Shown: positions 1-8,777 of the stretch, piece by piece
Position numbering within the stretch: position 1 is the stretch's first letter
How the letters are laid out: each line of letters opens with the position of its first letter
Source of the DNA: Bacteroidetes bacterium UKL13-3
GTDB lineage: Bacteria; Bacteroidota; Bacteroidia; UKL13-3
DNA length: 64,000 nt
Assembly (NCBI GenBank): GCA_001602415.1
Contig: CP012155.1
Span: forward strand, 1,914,223 to 1,978,222
Direction of reading: 5' to 3'
Program-made: the position numbers and the translations under genes
The notes under the pieces: generated by a model
The model's input: the letters and a program-made list of their open reading frames with translations, nothing else
What the model was told of the DNA's origin: nothing
Databases searched by the model: none

Positions 1-101
1 AAAATATTACTACCTGTAATTAAAAGGCAATTATCTCTCTGAGGTTCTATTTAAGGGTCCAGAAATGTAATACTGATAATAACTTATTTCAAAATACCAT
101 T

Positions 102-572
102 ATGAAAATTCATTCGTCATTTAATTGGTTTATAGCAATTGTTTTAGTACTATTTAGTTTTAATGCCTTAACAAGCTATGCGCAAGATACACTCATCACC
201 AAAAACAAACTGGAAGTAAGAGCTACCAATCGAAATGGTACGCTATTAAAATTTAAAGACCTTATTGCAGCCGCTAAAGCAGAAGAGTTGCAAGAAGCAG
301 TAAAATATTTTAAAAAAGCAAGAGTATATGATGTTGTTGGTAATGTGATTGGTTTACCTGGTGCTTTTTTACTGGGCTATTCGCTTGGTTATGGACTCAC
401 ATCACCAGATGGAATTAATGGCAGTATGTTATTGGTTGGAACCGGTTTAGTAGGCCTTCAATACACAATGGTTGCTACCCTTCGCGATCCCAATATTCGA
501 AAAGGGATTAACATATACAATGATGCCTTATATCAAAAAAGGGTAAAAGAAATACAAGAAGATACCCAATAG
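102..572 (+). CDS. Hypothetical exported/membrane protein
   Basis: 156-aa ORF with an N-terminal signal-like peptide (…ALTSYAQD) and two internal hydrophobic Gly-rich segments; no family recognised. Confidence 0.7.
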   Translation: MKIHSSFNWFIAIVLVLFSFNALTSYAQDTLITKNKLEVRATNRNGTLLKFKDLIAAAKAEELQEAVKYFKKARVYDVVGNVIGLPGAFLLGYSLGYGLTSPDGINGSMLLVGTGLVGLQYTMVATLRDPNIRKGINIYNDALYQKRVKEIQEDTQ

Positions 573-686
573 AAATATGCCTCATTAAATCCTGAATATG
601 CGATTAACGAAAATCTAATTGACATAACTCAAATAGGTTATACCAGTTCAAATATTAAAATAGTCTGAATAATTATAGGATAGTGC

Positions 687-704
687 TCCCGAAAGCTTTC
701 GGGA
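687..704. repeat. 18-bp perfect palindrome TCCCGAAAGCTTTCGGGA (variant of the REP-like family)
   Basis: Read directly; intergenic; same TCCCGA…TCGGGA frame as the copies at 15278, 41383 and 42467. Confidence 0.8.
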
Positions 705-881
705 CAATAGCTGTTTAGGCAAATAGCATTGGACTATTACAGATATGCTTTCGGTATTAATTATGTGATTGATTTTACCCCAATAGTTGTAGTATTCATA
801 ACCTAATCGATATTTTCACCTAATTGCAACTCTTCCCTCCCATTTGCACATCTGCCAATCATCGTTCATATTCGCACCACT

Positions 882-1784
882 GTGCTCAAAATAGCTTACC
901 ATAAAATATACCAACATCCATTACCGGAGGGACATCGATTTCCGATGGTTAAATACGAACTCATTCCTTCGCAATTATTGTATGAAGGAATTATAAGTGC
1001 AGAAAATTTATTTGAACCCGAAATAATTAAAGAGGAAGATATTCTACTCACACATGATGCTGATTATTGGAATCGGATGAAAAATTTGCAATTAACAGAT
1101 AAGGAAATGCGTAAAGTTGGATTCCCGCTATCGGCACAATTGGTGGAGCGTGAGCAACGAATTGCGCAGGGAACCATTGATTGCGCAGCATACTCATTTA
1201 AGTTTGGTGTTGCCATGAATATTGCCGGAGGTACGCATCATGCTTTTTCAAATAAAGGTGAAGGATTTTGTTTGCTAAATGATTTTGCCATTGCTGCTAA
1301 TTATTTATTGCACCGAAAAAACATTCATCGGATTTTAATTATTGACTTGGACGTACATCAGGGAAATGGAACGGCTCAAATTTTTGAGAATGATAGCCGT
1401 GTATTCACCTTAAGTATGCACGGAAAAGATAATTACCCCTTCTTTAAAGAGCAGTCTGATATAGATATTGAGCTTCCAAACGGAATTACAGATGATGTTT
1501 ATCTGCATTTAATGACTAAAAATATTCCCAAAGTAATTGAAACGTTGAAACCTGAATGTATCTTTTACCTATCAGGAGTTGATATTTTAGCAACTGATAA
1601 ATATGGAAAACTAAACATTACCCCCGAAGGTTGTGCCGAGCGCGACAAGCTGGTTTTCAGTTGGTGTAAGCAATATGGCATTCCAGTAGTAGTATCAATG
1701 GGAGGCGGATACTCACCTAAAATTGCAGATATTGTAAACGCTCATTGCAAAACGTTTAAAATAGCAAGCGAAATATTTTTTTAA
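882..1784 (+). CDS. Histone deacetylase family (Zn-dependent) protein
   Basis: Motifs HPLPEGHRFPM, GGTHHA, GFCLLND, DLDVHQGNGT, GGGY; GTG start. Confidence 0.93.
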   Translation: MLKIAYHKIYQHPLPEGHRFPMVKYELIPSQLLYEGIISAENLFEPEIIKEEDILLTHDADYWNRMKNLQLTDKEMRKVGFPLSAQLVEREQRIAQGTIDCAAYSFKFGVAMNIAGGTHHAFSNKGEGFCLLNDFAIAANYLLHRKNIHRILIIDLDVHQGNGTAQIFENDSRVFTLSMHGKDNYPFFKEQSDIDIELPNGITDDVYLHLMTKNIPKVIETLKPECIFYLSGVDILATDKYGKLNITPEGCAERDKLVFSWCKQYGIPVVVSMGGGYSPKIADIVNAHCKTFKIASEIFF

Positions 1785-1880
1785 AATAATTTAAAGTACT
1801 TGCATTTATAGCTTTCAAATTTTTATTTCACCCCCGAAATCACGCTCGCACATTTTGTGTTTGCTTAAATAAAAAAAGTT

Positions 1881-1888
1881 TAAATTTG
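1881..1888 (+). promoter_or_regulatory. Bacteroidota -7 promoter element TAAATTTG upstream of the small acidic protein
   Basis: Matches the TAnnTTTG consensus 27 nt before the ATG at 1916; a TTTG lies at 1860-1863. Confidence 0.5.
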
Positions 1889-1915
1889 TTTATTGAATAA
1901 AAATTTACCATTCAA

Positions 1916-2113
1916 ATGACTATCGCTAAAAAAACAGTTGCACAGGCAGCAACCAAAAAATTAATCAGCAACGCAAAGTCGCCAAAGAAAGAAGCTCCTA
2001 AAAAAACCTTCTCCGAAGACGAAGACGAGGATTTAGATCTGGATGATGATTTGGATTTAGATGTTGACGATATTGACTTTGATGATGAAGACGAGGACGA
2101 TGATGATTTTTAA
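1916..2113 (+). CDS. Small Lys-rich/acidic, probably disordered protein (65 aa)
   Basis: ATG after an A-rich leader; 9 Lys in the first 30 residues; 24 of the last 32 residues are D/E. Confidence 0.8.
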   Translation: MTIAKKTVAQAATKKLISNAKSPKKEAPKKTFSEDEDEDLDLDDDLDLDVDDIDFDDEDEDDDDF

Positions 2114-2134
2114 TCATCGTATCTAATTAGTTTG

Positions 2135-2707
2135 TTAAGGCAATACAATTATCGGAGATTCTACCGTGTTACTTTCGTGCAACGCCCTGTCATAAATGCG
2201 GATTCTTATCTTAACTGTTCGGGGCATATCAGGGTAATCTATTAAGCGAGGAATTGAATTCTGCCAATCTATTTCACCCCTGATTGCTTTATGCTTGCCA
2301 TCGGGGGTTATATTTTCTACCCTATTCTGAAAAATTAACGTATCCGTTGTGTTGGGTTTAATTACAGGTTCAAAAACATTCGTTATCGGATTAAGCGCTT
2401 TATATTCCCAATATAAATTATTGTAATATTTATTTGTTTCCTTATTGTTTACCTGCACGCTATTAAACGGAGGGAAAGTGTCTTTGCTGTTTAATCCGAT
2501 ATCACCATCCCCATCTTTATAACTAATAATGATTCCTAACAATGTATCACGGATGCCTGCCGCTGAGGTATCTACTGTGAAATAATAACTTTTAAACTCA
2601 ATCGCAGGGATATCCGGATAGATTTCGCTTTTTTTGCAAGTGCTGAGCAATAGCATAAGTGCAACAAACAGTATACAGGATTTTAAGATGTTAGTTAACG
2701 AAGTCAA
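2135..2707 (-). CDS. Hypothetical lipoprotein
   Basis: Lipobox LLLSTC-KK. Start uncertain: TTG at 2707 chosen; the ORF track extends it to 2791. Confidence 0.7.
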   Translation of the reverse strand: MTSLTNILKSCILFVALMLLLSTCKKSEIYPDIPAIEFKSYYFTVDTSAAGIRDTLLGIIISYKDGDGDIGLNSKDTFPPFNSVQVNNKETNKYYNNLYWEYKALNPITNVFEPVIKPNTTDTLIFQNRVENITPDGKHKAIRGEIDWQNSIPRLIDYPDMPRTVKIRIRIYDRALHESNTVESPIIVLP

Positions 2708-3680
2708 TTTTATTCGAGAAATATTTACACCAAAACTAATACATTTTGACGAATTGGCGTTGCAATTATTTAGATACCAGCACAAACACAATACTATTTA
2801 CCACAACTATTGCCAAAACATTCAGGTAGACCCCTCTAACGTTCATTCCGTTGCTCAAATACCCTTTTTGCCCATATCGTTTTTTAAAACACATGCAGTT
2901 CAAACAGGCGATTTTAAACCAGAAATTGAATATACAAGCAGCGCAACAAGTGGCATGGCTGTGAGCAAACACTTGGTTAAAAACAACAAAGTTTATATCG
3001 TTAGTTTTTCAAAAGCATTTGAACTTTTTTATGGCGATATTGAGCAATATGCCATCTTAGCTTTACTGCCAAACTACAGCGAGCGAGAAGGCTCTTCGCT
3101 AATTGTAATGGCTGACTATCTTATTCAACAAAGCAAGCACCCCGAAAGTGGATTCTACTTATATAATTTTGAGGAACTGCATCACACATTACACAGATTA
3201 AAATCCACCAATACCAAAATTTTATTGCTTGGTGTAACTTTTGCCCTATTGGATTTTGCCGAACAATTTCCGATGAACTTGGAAGATGTAATTATTATGG
3301 AAACCGGAGGTATGAAAGGCCGAAGGAAAGAAATGATTAGAGCTGAGGTGCATCAGCAATTACAAGATGCTTTTAAGGTTAAACATATTCATTCGGAGTA
3401 TGGTATGACCGAATTGTTATCGCAAGGATATTCGAAAGGTGATGGTGTTTTTTATACTCCTCCTTGGATGCGTATACTCATATCAGATACTACAGATCCG
3501 CTGCAACTATTACCGGAAAACAAATCAGGACTAATCAACGTGATTGATTTAGCCAATATTCACTCATGTGCATTTATACAAACTTCAGATTTAGGTAAAA
3601 AAAACAGTGCCGGTGGTTTTGAAGTTTTAGGTCGTTTGGATCAGAGTGATGTGCGCGGATGCAGCTTGATGTATCTTTAA
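2688..3680 (+). CDS. LuxE/PaaK-like acyl-protein synthetase (acyl transferase) family protein
   Basis: Motifs PFLPISFFK, YTSSATSG, IIMETGGMKG, HSEYGMTELLSQ, GRLDQSDVRGC. Start moved to the ATG at 2688. Confidence 0.85.
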   Translation: MLVNEVNFIREIFTPKLIHFDELALQLFRYQHKHNTIYHNYCQNIQVDPSNVHSVAQIPFLPISFFKTHAVQTGDFKPEIEYTSSATSGMAVSKHLVKNNKVYIVSFSKAFELFYGDIEQYAILALLPNYSEREGSSLIVMADYLIQQSKHPESGFYLYNFEELHHTLHRLKSTNTKILLLGVTFALLDFAEQFPMNLEDVIIMETGGMKGRRKEMIRAEVHQQLQDAFKVKHIHSEYGMTELLSQGYSKGDGVFYTPPWMRILISDTTDPLQLLPENKSGLINVIDLANIHSCAFIQTSDLGKKNSAGGFEVLGRLDQSDVRGCSLMYL

Positions 3681-3787
3681 GAAAAAAGCCGCATTTTATT
3701 CTGTGAATGAATTCAATAACAATTATCCATTTATAGTGTTAGAAAGTTATTTTTACCAATAAACTCATTAAAGAACACTCCTCTAAT

Positions 3788-5086
3788 ATGAAAACACTTT
3801 TGCTATGTTTAAGCGTATTGATATGTTACCATGTTAAATCACAAAATTCGTATTTCCCTCCCTTACAATCAACTTCCAATTGGGAAACATTATCTATTGA
3901 TACACTTGGGTGGTGCCCCGATAAAATAGAACCCTTATACCAGTTTCTTCAGGCTCAAAATACAAAAGCTTTTATTGTGCTTAAAGACGGAAAAATTGTA
4001 TTGGAAAAGTATTTTGGAACCTTTACCAAAGATAGCAATTGGTATTGGGCGTCAGCTGGAAAATCACTCACTGCTTTGCTGGTGGGTAAAGCTCAGGAAG
4101 AAGGTTTTTTATCAATAAATGATACTACATCTGACTATATAGGCAGAGGATGGACCTCCTGCTCACCTTTACAAGAGCAACAAATAACCATTCGGAACCA
4201 ACTCACCATGACTTCAGGATTAGACGATGGCGTTAGCGATAATAATTGCACCGAACCTTCTTGTATACTTTTTAAAGCAAACGCAGGTTCACGATGGGCT
4301 TATCATAATGCTCCGTATACCCTACTAGATAGTGTCATATACAAATCAACCGGACAGAATTTAAATAACTACACACTAGCTAAAGTGCGCACCAAAATTG
4401 GTATGAATGGGTTTTGGTTTAAGAATGATTATAACAATGTATTTGCCAGCACACCAAGGAGTATGGCTCGCTACGGACTATTAGCCCAAAATAATTTTGT
4501 ATGGAATAGTGATACCATATTAAAAGATACTGCATACGTTCGCCAAATGACCAATACATCTCAATCACACAACCTATCGTATGGATATTTATGGTGGTTA
4601 AATGGTAAAGCATCATACATGTTCCCCTCATCACAACTTGTGGTACCAGGTTCATATGCACCTCATGCGCCTGCCGATATGTTTGCTGCAATCGGTAAAA
4701 ACGGGCAAATTGTGAGCATATCTAAAAGTACGGGATTGGTGGTTGTTCGAATGGGAGATGCTCCAGGAGATTTGGGGGAAGTACCTTTTGCTTTGTGTAA
4801 TTCAATTTGGTCAAACCTTAATAAGGTTATGTGTAAAACAACAGGATTAAATAAAACAGAAATGATTACTCCTCAAATACATATTTATCCCAATCCTGCC
4901 AACGATAGAATATTTATTCAATCTTCAGTCTCAGAAGTAACAACCACATCGATTTACTCAACGCTTGGAGATAAATTATTAACTGGAAGTACTGAAATAG
5001 ATATATCGGCATTACCCGGTGGTGTATACATTTTGAACATTGCTATCGGAAATCATCAGTTTAGCAGAAAACTGTTAAAGTTATAG
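3788..5086 (+). CDS. Secreted serine hydrolase (beta-lactamase/PBP-like fold) with T9SS type-A C-terminal sorting domain
   Basis: Signal peptide; SxxK (SAGK); YxN (YHN); YGYLWW; CTD IYPNPAND…GVYIL…RKLLKL. Confidence 0.88.
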   Translation: MKTLLLCLSVLICYHVKSQNSYFPPLQSTSNWETLSIDTLGWCPDKIEPLYQFLQAQNTKAFIVLKDGKIVLEKYFGTFTKDSNWYWASAGKSLTALLVGKAQEEGFLSINDTTSDYIGRGWTSCSPLQEQQITIRNQLTMTSGLDDGVSDNNCTEPSCILFKANAGSRWAYHNAPYTLLDSVIYKSTGQNLNNYTLAKVRTKIGMNGFWFKNDYNNVFASTPRSMARYGLLAQNNFVWNSDTILKDTAYVRQMTNTSQSHNLSYGYLWWLNGKASYMFPSSQLVVPGSYAPHAPADMFAAIGKNGQIVSISKSTGLVVVRMGDAPGDLGEVPFALCNSIWSNLNKVMCKTTGLNKTEMITPQIHIYPNPANDRIFIQSSVSEVTTTSIYSTLGDKLLTGSTEIDISALPGGVYILNIAIGNHQFSRKLLKL

Positions 5087-5163
5087 TTGTATTAAAACGC
5101 AATCAATGTATTTGAAATTGACAGGAGTATACTTATGTTTACAATAATTAATACTTTCAGATT

Positions 5164-6444
5164 ATGGCAAACTTGGTATCACAAAAAGCAGAACACCTCA
5201 TTGGATCAGAAATTATTAAACTTGCTGGTGAAGTAAATCAGAAAATTAAGGACGGTCAGGCAATTTACAATCTAACCATCGGTGATTTTGACCCAAACTT
5301 GTTTCCCATACCAGCAATGTTGAAAGAGTACATTATTGATGCCTATAATAACAACCAAACAAACTACCCACCCGCTGATGGAATGCTGGAACTAAGAAGT
5401 GCAATCGCATCTTTTATTGAAGAAAATCAAGGATTAAAATATACTCCCAACGAATTTTTGGTTGCGGGTGGCGGTCGTCCTTTAATTTATGCCATTTACC
5501 AAACCTTATTAGATCCCAATGATAAAGTTGTATATCCAGTTCCCTCTTGGAACAACAACCATTATTGCCACTTAAGTGATGCTCAGAAAATAGAGATAGA
5601 AACAACACCTGAAAACGGATTTTTACCAACAGCAGATGAGTTGAAACCGTTTATTCATGATGCAACGATTATTGCATTGTGTTCTCCGCTCAATCCAACA
5701 GGCACTATGTTTCGACAAGAACAATTACTGCCTATTTGCGAAATGGTAATAACCGAAAATGAACGCAGAAAGACTTCCAATAGTAAACCTCTTTACGTTT
5801 TGTACGATCAAATTTACTCGATGCTCACCATGAAAGGAATTGAGCATGTTGACCCGGTTAGTTTGGTTCCAGCAATGAAGGAGTACACTGTTTTTGTAGA
5901 TGGAATATCAAAAGCACTCGCTGCAACAGGCGTTCGTGTGGGTTGGGGATTTGGTCCGGAACATGTGATTGCCAAAATGAAATCAATATTAGGACATATT
6001 GGTGCTTGGGCACCTAAAGCAGAACAAGTTGCTGTGAGTCGTTTTTTGCAGAATAAACAAGCATTAGGCATTTTCATTAGTGAGCTCAAACAAAAAGTAA
6101 CCATTAGGTTTGATGATATATATAAAGGATTCAAATCATTACAACAAAAAGGGTATCCGGTTAACATCATATCGCCAGAAGGAGCCATCTATTTAACAGC
6201 TCAATTTGCACTCAAAGGAACCACACAAGCAAATGGGAAACTAATAGATTCAACGGAGGACATTACTACTTTTTTGTTAAATGAAGCATCTTTGGCTGTT
6301 GTTCCGTTTACTGCATTTGGAGTTGCAAAAGGAACAGATTGGTATCGTATTTCCATCGGAACATTAAAAGAATCAGATATACCCGAGATGCTCACCAAAT
6401 TAGAACAGGCATTAGCAAGCCTGAACTTAAATCAAACTACATAA
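5164..6444 (+). CDS. PLP-dependent aminotransferase, class I/II
   Basis: NLTIGDFD, SPLNPTG, YDQIY, DGISKALAATGVRVGW. Confidence 0.92.
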   Translation: MANLVSQKAEHLIGSEIIKLAGEVNQKIKDGQAIYNLTIGDFDPNLFPIPAMLKEYIIDAYNNNQTNYPPADGMLELRSAIASFIEENQGLKYTPNEFLVAGGGRPLIYAIYQTLLDPNDKVVYPVPSWNNNHYCHLSDAQKIEIETTPENGFLPTADELKPFIHDATIIALCSPLNPTGTMFRQEQLLPICEMVITENERRKTSNSKPLYVLYDQIYSMLTMKGIEHVDPVSLVPAMKEYTVFVDGISKALAATGVRVGWGFGPEHVIAKMKSILGHIGAWAPKAEQVAVSRFLQNKQALGIFISELKQKVTIRFDDIYKGFKSLQQKGYPVNIISPEGAIYLTAQFALKGTTQANGKLIDSTEDITTFLLNEASLAVVPFTAFGVAKGTDWYRISIGTLKESDIPEMLTKLEQALASLNLNQTT

Positions 6445-6486
6445 ATCAAATATGCTTGCAATATTTAGCCCAATATAATTTAAAAC

Positions 6487-7632
6487 ATGAACACTCATTA
6501 TGATGTAATTATTGCAGGTGCCGGACCAGGAGGAAGTACTTGTGCCCTCACTCTTAAACAGAGCGGATTAAAGGTATTGATGCTAGAAAAAGAAACCTTC
6601 CCTAGAGATAAAATATGTGGCGATGCTGTGAGTTCAACTGCAAAAAGAGTATTGCGTCAAATAAACCCCGAGCTAGAAAAAGAGCTACTACAATTTGAAC
6701 GCAAAACAAACATCACCAAAGCAAAACTTTATAGTCCAACATTTGAGTCTCTGGAAATCGAATTTCCGCATGTTGGTCATTGTATTCGTAGGATAGATTT
6801 TGACAATTGGCTTTTTAATAAAGCACTCACCAATCCAACATTAGAAGTTATTCAAAATACATCATTAAAGAATGTTACAACAGACGATAAAACAGCGACT
6901 GCAATAACCCATAACGGAGAACAGTTCACGGCTAAAATTATTGTTGGCTGTGATGGAGCGCACTCTATTGTGGCGAAGAAACTGGCTCATTTTAAGGTCG
7001 ACCGTAAACACTATTCGGGGGCTACACGTCAATATTATAGAAATATAAAAGGATTGGAAGGAAATGCGCTCGAAGTCTATTTTTTAAAAGGATTTCTACC
7101 AGGCTATTTTTGGATTTTTCCACTTTCAAACAATGAAGCGAATGTTGGTTTTGGAATGCTTTCATCTACTATAGCTGATAAAAAAATTGATCTCAAAAAA
7201 AGCATGCATCAAATAATAAACGATATTCCGGAAGTAGCCGAACGATTTAAAGATGCAGAAGCGTTAGAAGATATTAAAGGATTTGGCCTTCCTCTCGGCT
7301 CCAAAAAACATACAATTTCGGGTAACCGATTTATGTTATGCGGAGATGCCGCTTCATTAATTGACCCTTTTAGTGGTGAAGGGATAGAAACAGCCATGGA
7401 GAGCGGAAAGTTTGCTGCCGAGCAAATCATGCGATCATTCACGCAAGATGCTTTTTCCGCCAATGATTTGAAACAATATGATGAACGTGTGTACAAAAAA
7501 ATGTGGGATAATTTTCAAAATCACCACCTGCTGCAACGTTTATTGGGTGATAGGGTATGGCTGATCAATACACTCATAAAGGTTGGTAATATTCCATACA
7601 TCAAAAAGAAAATTCCAACAATATTTTATTAG
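6487..7632 (+). CDS. Geranylgeranyl-reductase family FAD-dependent oxidoreductase
   Basis: GAGPGG, FPRDKICGD, GCDGAHS, GYFWIFP, GDAASLIDPFSGEGI. Confidence 0.88.
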   Translation: MNTHYDVIIAGAGPGGSTCALTLKQSGLKVLMLEKETFPRDKICGDAVSSTAKRVLRQINPELEKELLQFERKTNITKAKLYSPTFESLEIEFPHVGHCIRRIDFDNWLFNKALTNPTLEVIQNTSLKNVTTDDKTATAITHNGEQFTAKIIVGCDGAHSIVAKKLAHFKVDRKHYSGATRQYYRNIKGLEGNALEVYFLKGFLPGYFWIFPLSNNEANVGFGMLSSTIADKKIDLKKSMHQIINDIPEVAERFKDAEALEDIKGFGLPLGSKKHTISGNRFMLCGDAASLIDPFSGEGIETAMESGKFAAEQIMRSFTQDAFSANDLKQYDERVYKKMWDNFQNHHLLQRLLGDRVWLINTLIKVGNIPYIKKKIPTIFY

Positions 7633-7754
7633 AATAAAAAAACCCTCAACATCAATTCGCCATGTTAAATCCTTCTATGTGTTTTAAAACTTATTCTTTG
7701 AACTTTGTTTATACCTTTACACCATAATCGAAACCAACATTTAACTTAATAAAC

Positions 7755-8309
7755 ATGACTTTTAAAATATATACCAAAACGGGAGACAAAGGACAAACCT
7801 CATTAATAGGCGGTGTGCGTGTTCCCAAATACCACTTACGCATTGAGAGTTACGGAACAGTTGATGAGTTAAATTCATACATTGGATTGGTAAAAGAGAG
7901 TATTACCGATGAGCATACACAAAAAATACTTTACGAGATTCAGGATCGACTTTTTACAGTAGGCTCTGTATTGGCAAGTGATCCCGAAAAATCAAAAATG
8001 AAAATCCCCGATCTGCATGATGAAGACGTAACTTTGCTAGAAACGGAAATGGATGCTATGGATGCCAATTTACCTGAACTTAAGAGTTTTATTTTACCCG
8101 GAGGAACCATACCTGCATCATACTGCCATGTTGCCCGTTGTGTATGCCGCAGAGCAGAAAGGTTGGTTGTGCACTTGCAAACCGAAAGTGAAGTACCACA
8201 AATCATCTCTACCTACCTCAATCGATTAAGTGATTACTTATTTATGTTGTCGCGTAAAATAGTTCACGATGCCGGAGCACCCGAAATACCTTGGAGACCA
8301 AGAATGTAG
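7755..8309 (+). CDS. ATP:cob(I)alamin adenosyltransferase, PduO type
   Basis: KIYTKTGDKGQT, YGTVDELNS, FILPGG, RRAER, YLNRLSDYLF. Confidence 0.95.
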   Translation: MTFKIYTKTGDKGQTSLIGGVRVPKYHLRIESYGTVDELNSYIGLVKESITDEHTQKILYEIQDRLFTVGSVLASDPEKSKMKIPDLHDEDVTLLETEMDAMDANLPELKSFILPGGTIPASYCHVARCVCRRAERLVVHLQTESEVPQIISTYLNRLSDYLFMLSRKIVHDAGAPEIPWRPRM

Positions 8310-8507
8310 GTGTTCGTTAACACCACATTCTTAGAACAACTAAACTCTTTACTTAATTTTTCTCCCCACAGGTTTTAGGTTTAATCTCAATATTATTAGA
8401 GAGTTAAAGGAGTTATTCATCAAGACAAATCTCAACTTAATTCTTTTACCCCACAACTTTTGTACTTGATCCCACTGAACCGCCTTTATTTACTGGTTAT
8501 TAAGCAT

Positions 8508-8533
8508 AAAAAAACCCTGAATTTCTTCAGGGT
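8508..8533 (-). terminator. Intrinsic terminator after tRNA-Val
   Basis: Minus strand reads ACCCTGAA-GAAA-TTCAGGGT followed by a T-run. Confidence 0.85.
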
Positions 8534-8539
8534 CTGTTG

Positions 8540-8614
8540 TGGAGGCTACTGGATTCGAACCAGTGACCCTCTGCTTGTAAGGCAGATGCTCTGAACCAGC
8601 TGAGCTAAGCCTCC
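8540..8614 (-). tRNA. tRNA-Val (anticodon TAC); CCA not encoded
   Basis: The minus strand folds into a cloverleaf: acceptor GGAGGCT/AGCCTCC, D arm GCTC/GAGC, anticodon arm TCTGC-CT-TAC-AA-GCAGA, T arm ACTGG-TTCGAAT-CCAGT. Confidence 0.97.
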
Positions 8615-8678
8615 AATTTTGTTGGCCTTAACGAAATTTTGCAGTTTTATACGCTACCATACTTTCGTTGAGGGAGTG

Positions 8679-8686
8679 CAAAGATA
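8679..8686 (-). promoter_or_regulatory. -7 promoter element TATCTTTG for tRNA-Val
   Basis: Exact TAnnTTTG match on the minus strand about 65 nt upstream of the tRNA. Confidence 0.65.
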
Positions 8687-8777
8687 AGAGCAGATTTGAA
8701 AAAGTCAAATCATTCTACAAAAAAAGTAAAAGTATTTTGTAACGAACTGAATTTCATAAATTGCCACTGCGAAAAAA

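Noticed and set aside
575-880. Degenerate minus-strand reading frame (GYEYYNYWGKINH…) around the 687 palindrome
   Set aside because: No start, several stops and no recognisable family. It cannot be supported without a homology search.
882-1784. HDAC as a eukaryote-derived gene
   Set aside because: Compact HDAC-family proteins of this type are ordinary in bacteria, and nothing in the sequence suggests recent transfer.
2688-3680. Bioluminescence (lux) locus
   Set aside because: Only a LuxE-like gene is present, with no luxA, B, C or D. Orphan LuxE-like genes are common in Bacteroidota.
8310-8540. Prophage or ICE integrated at tRNA-Val
   Set aside because: No integrase and no duplicated tRNA 3' end appear in the window.
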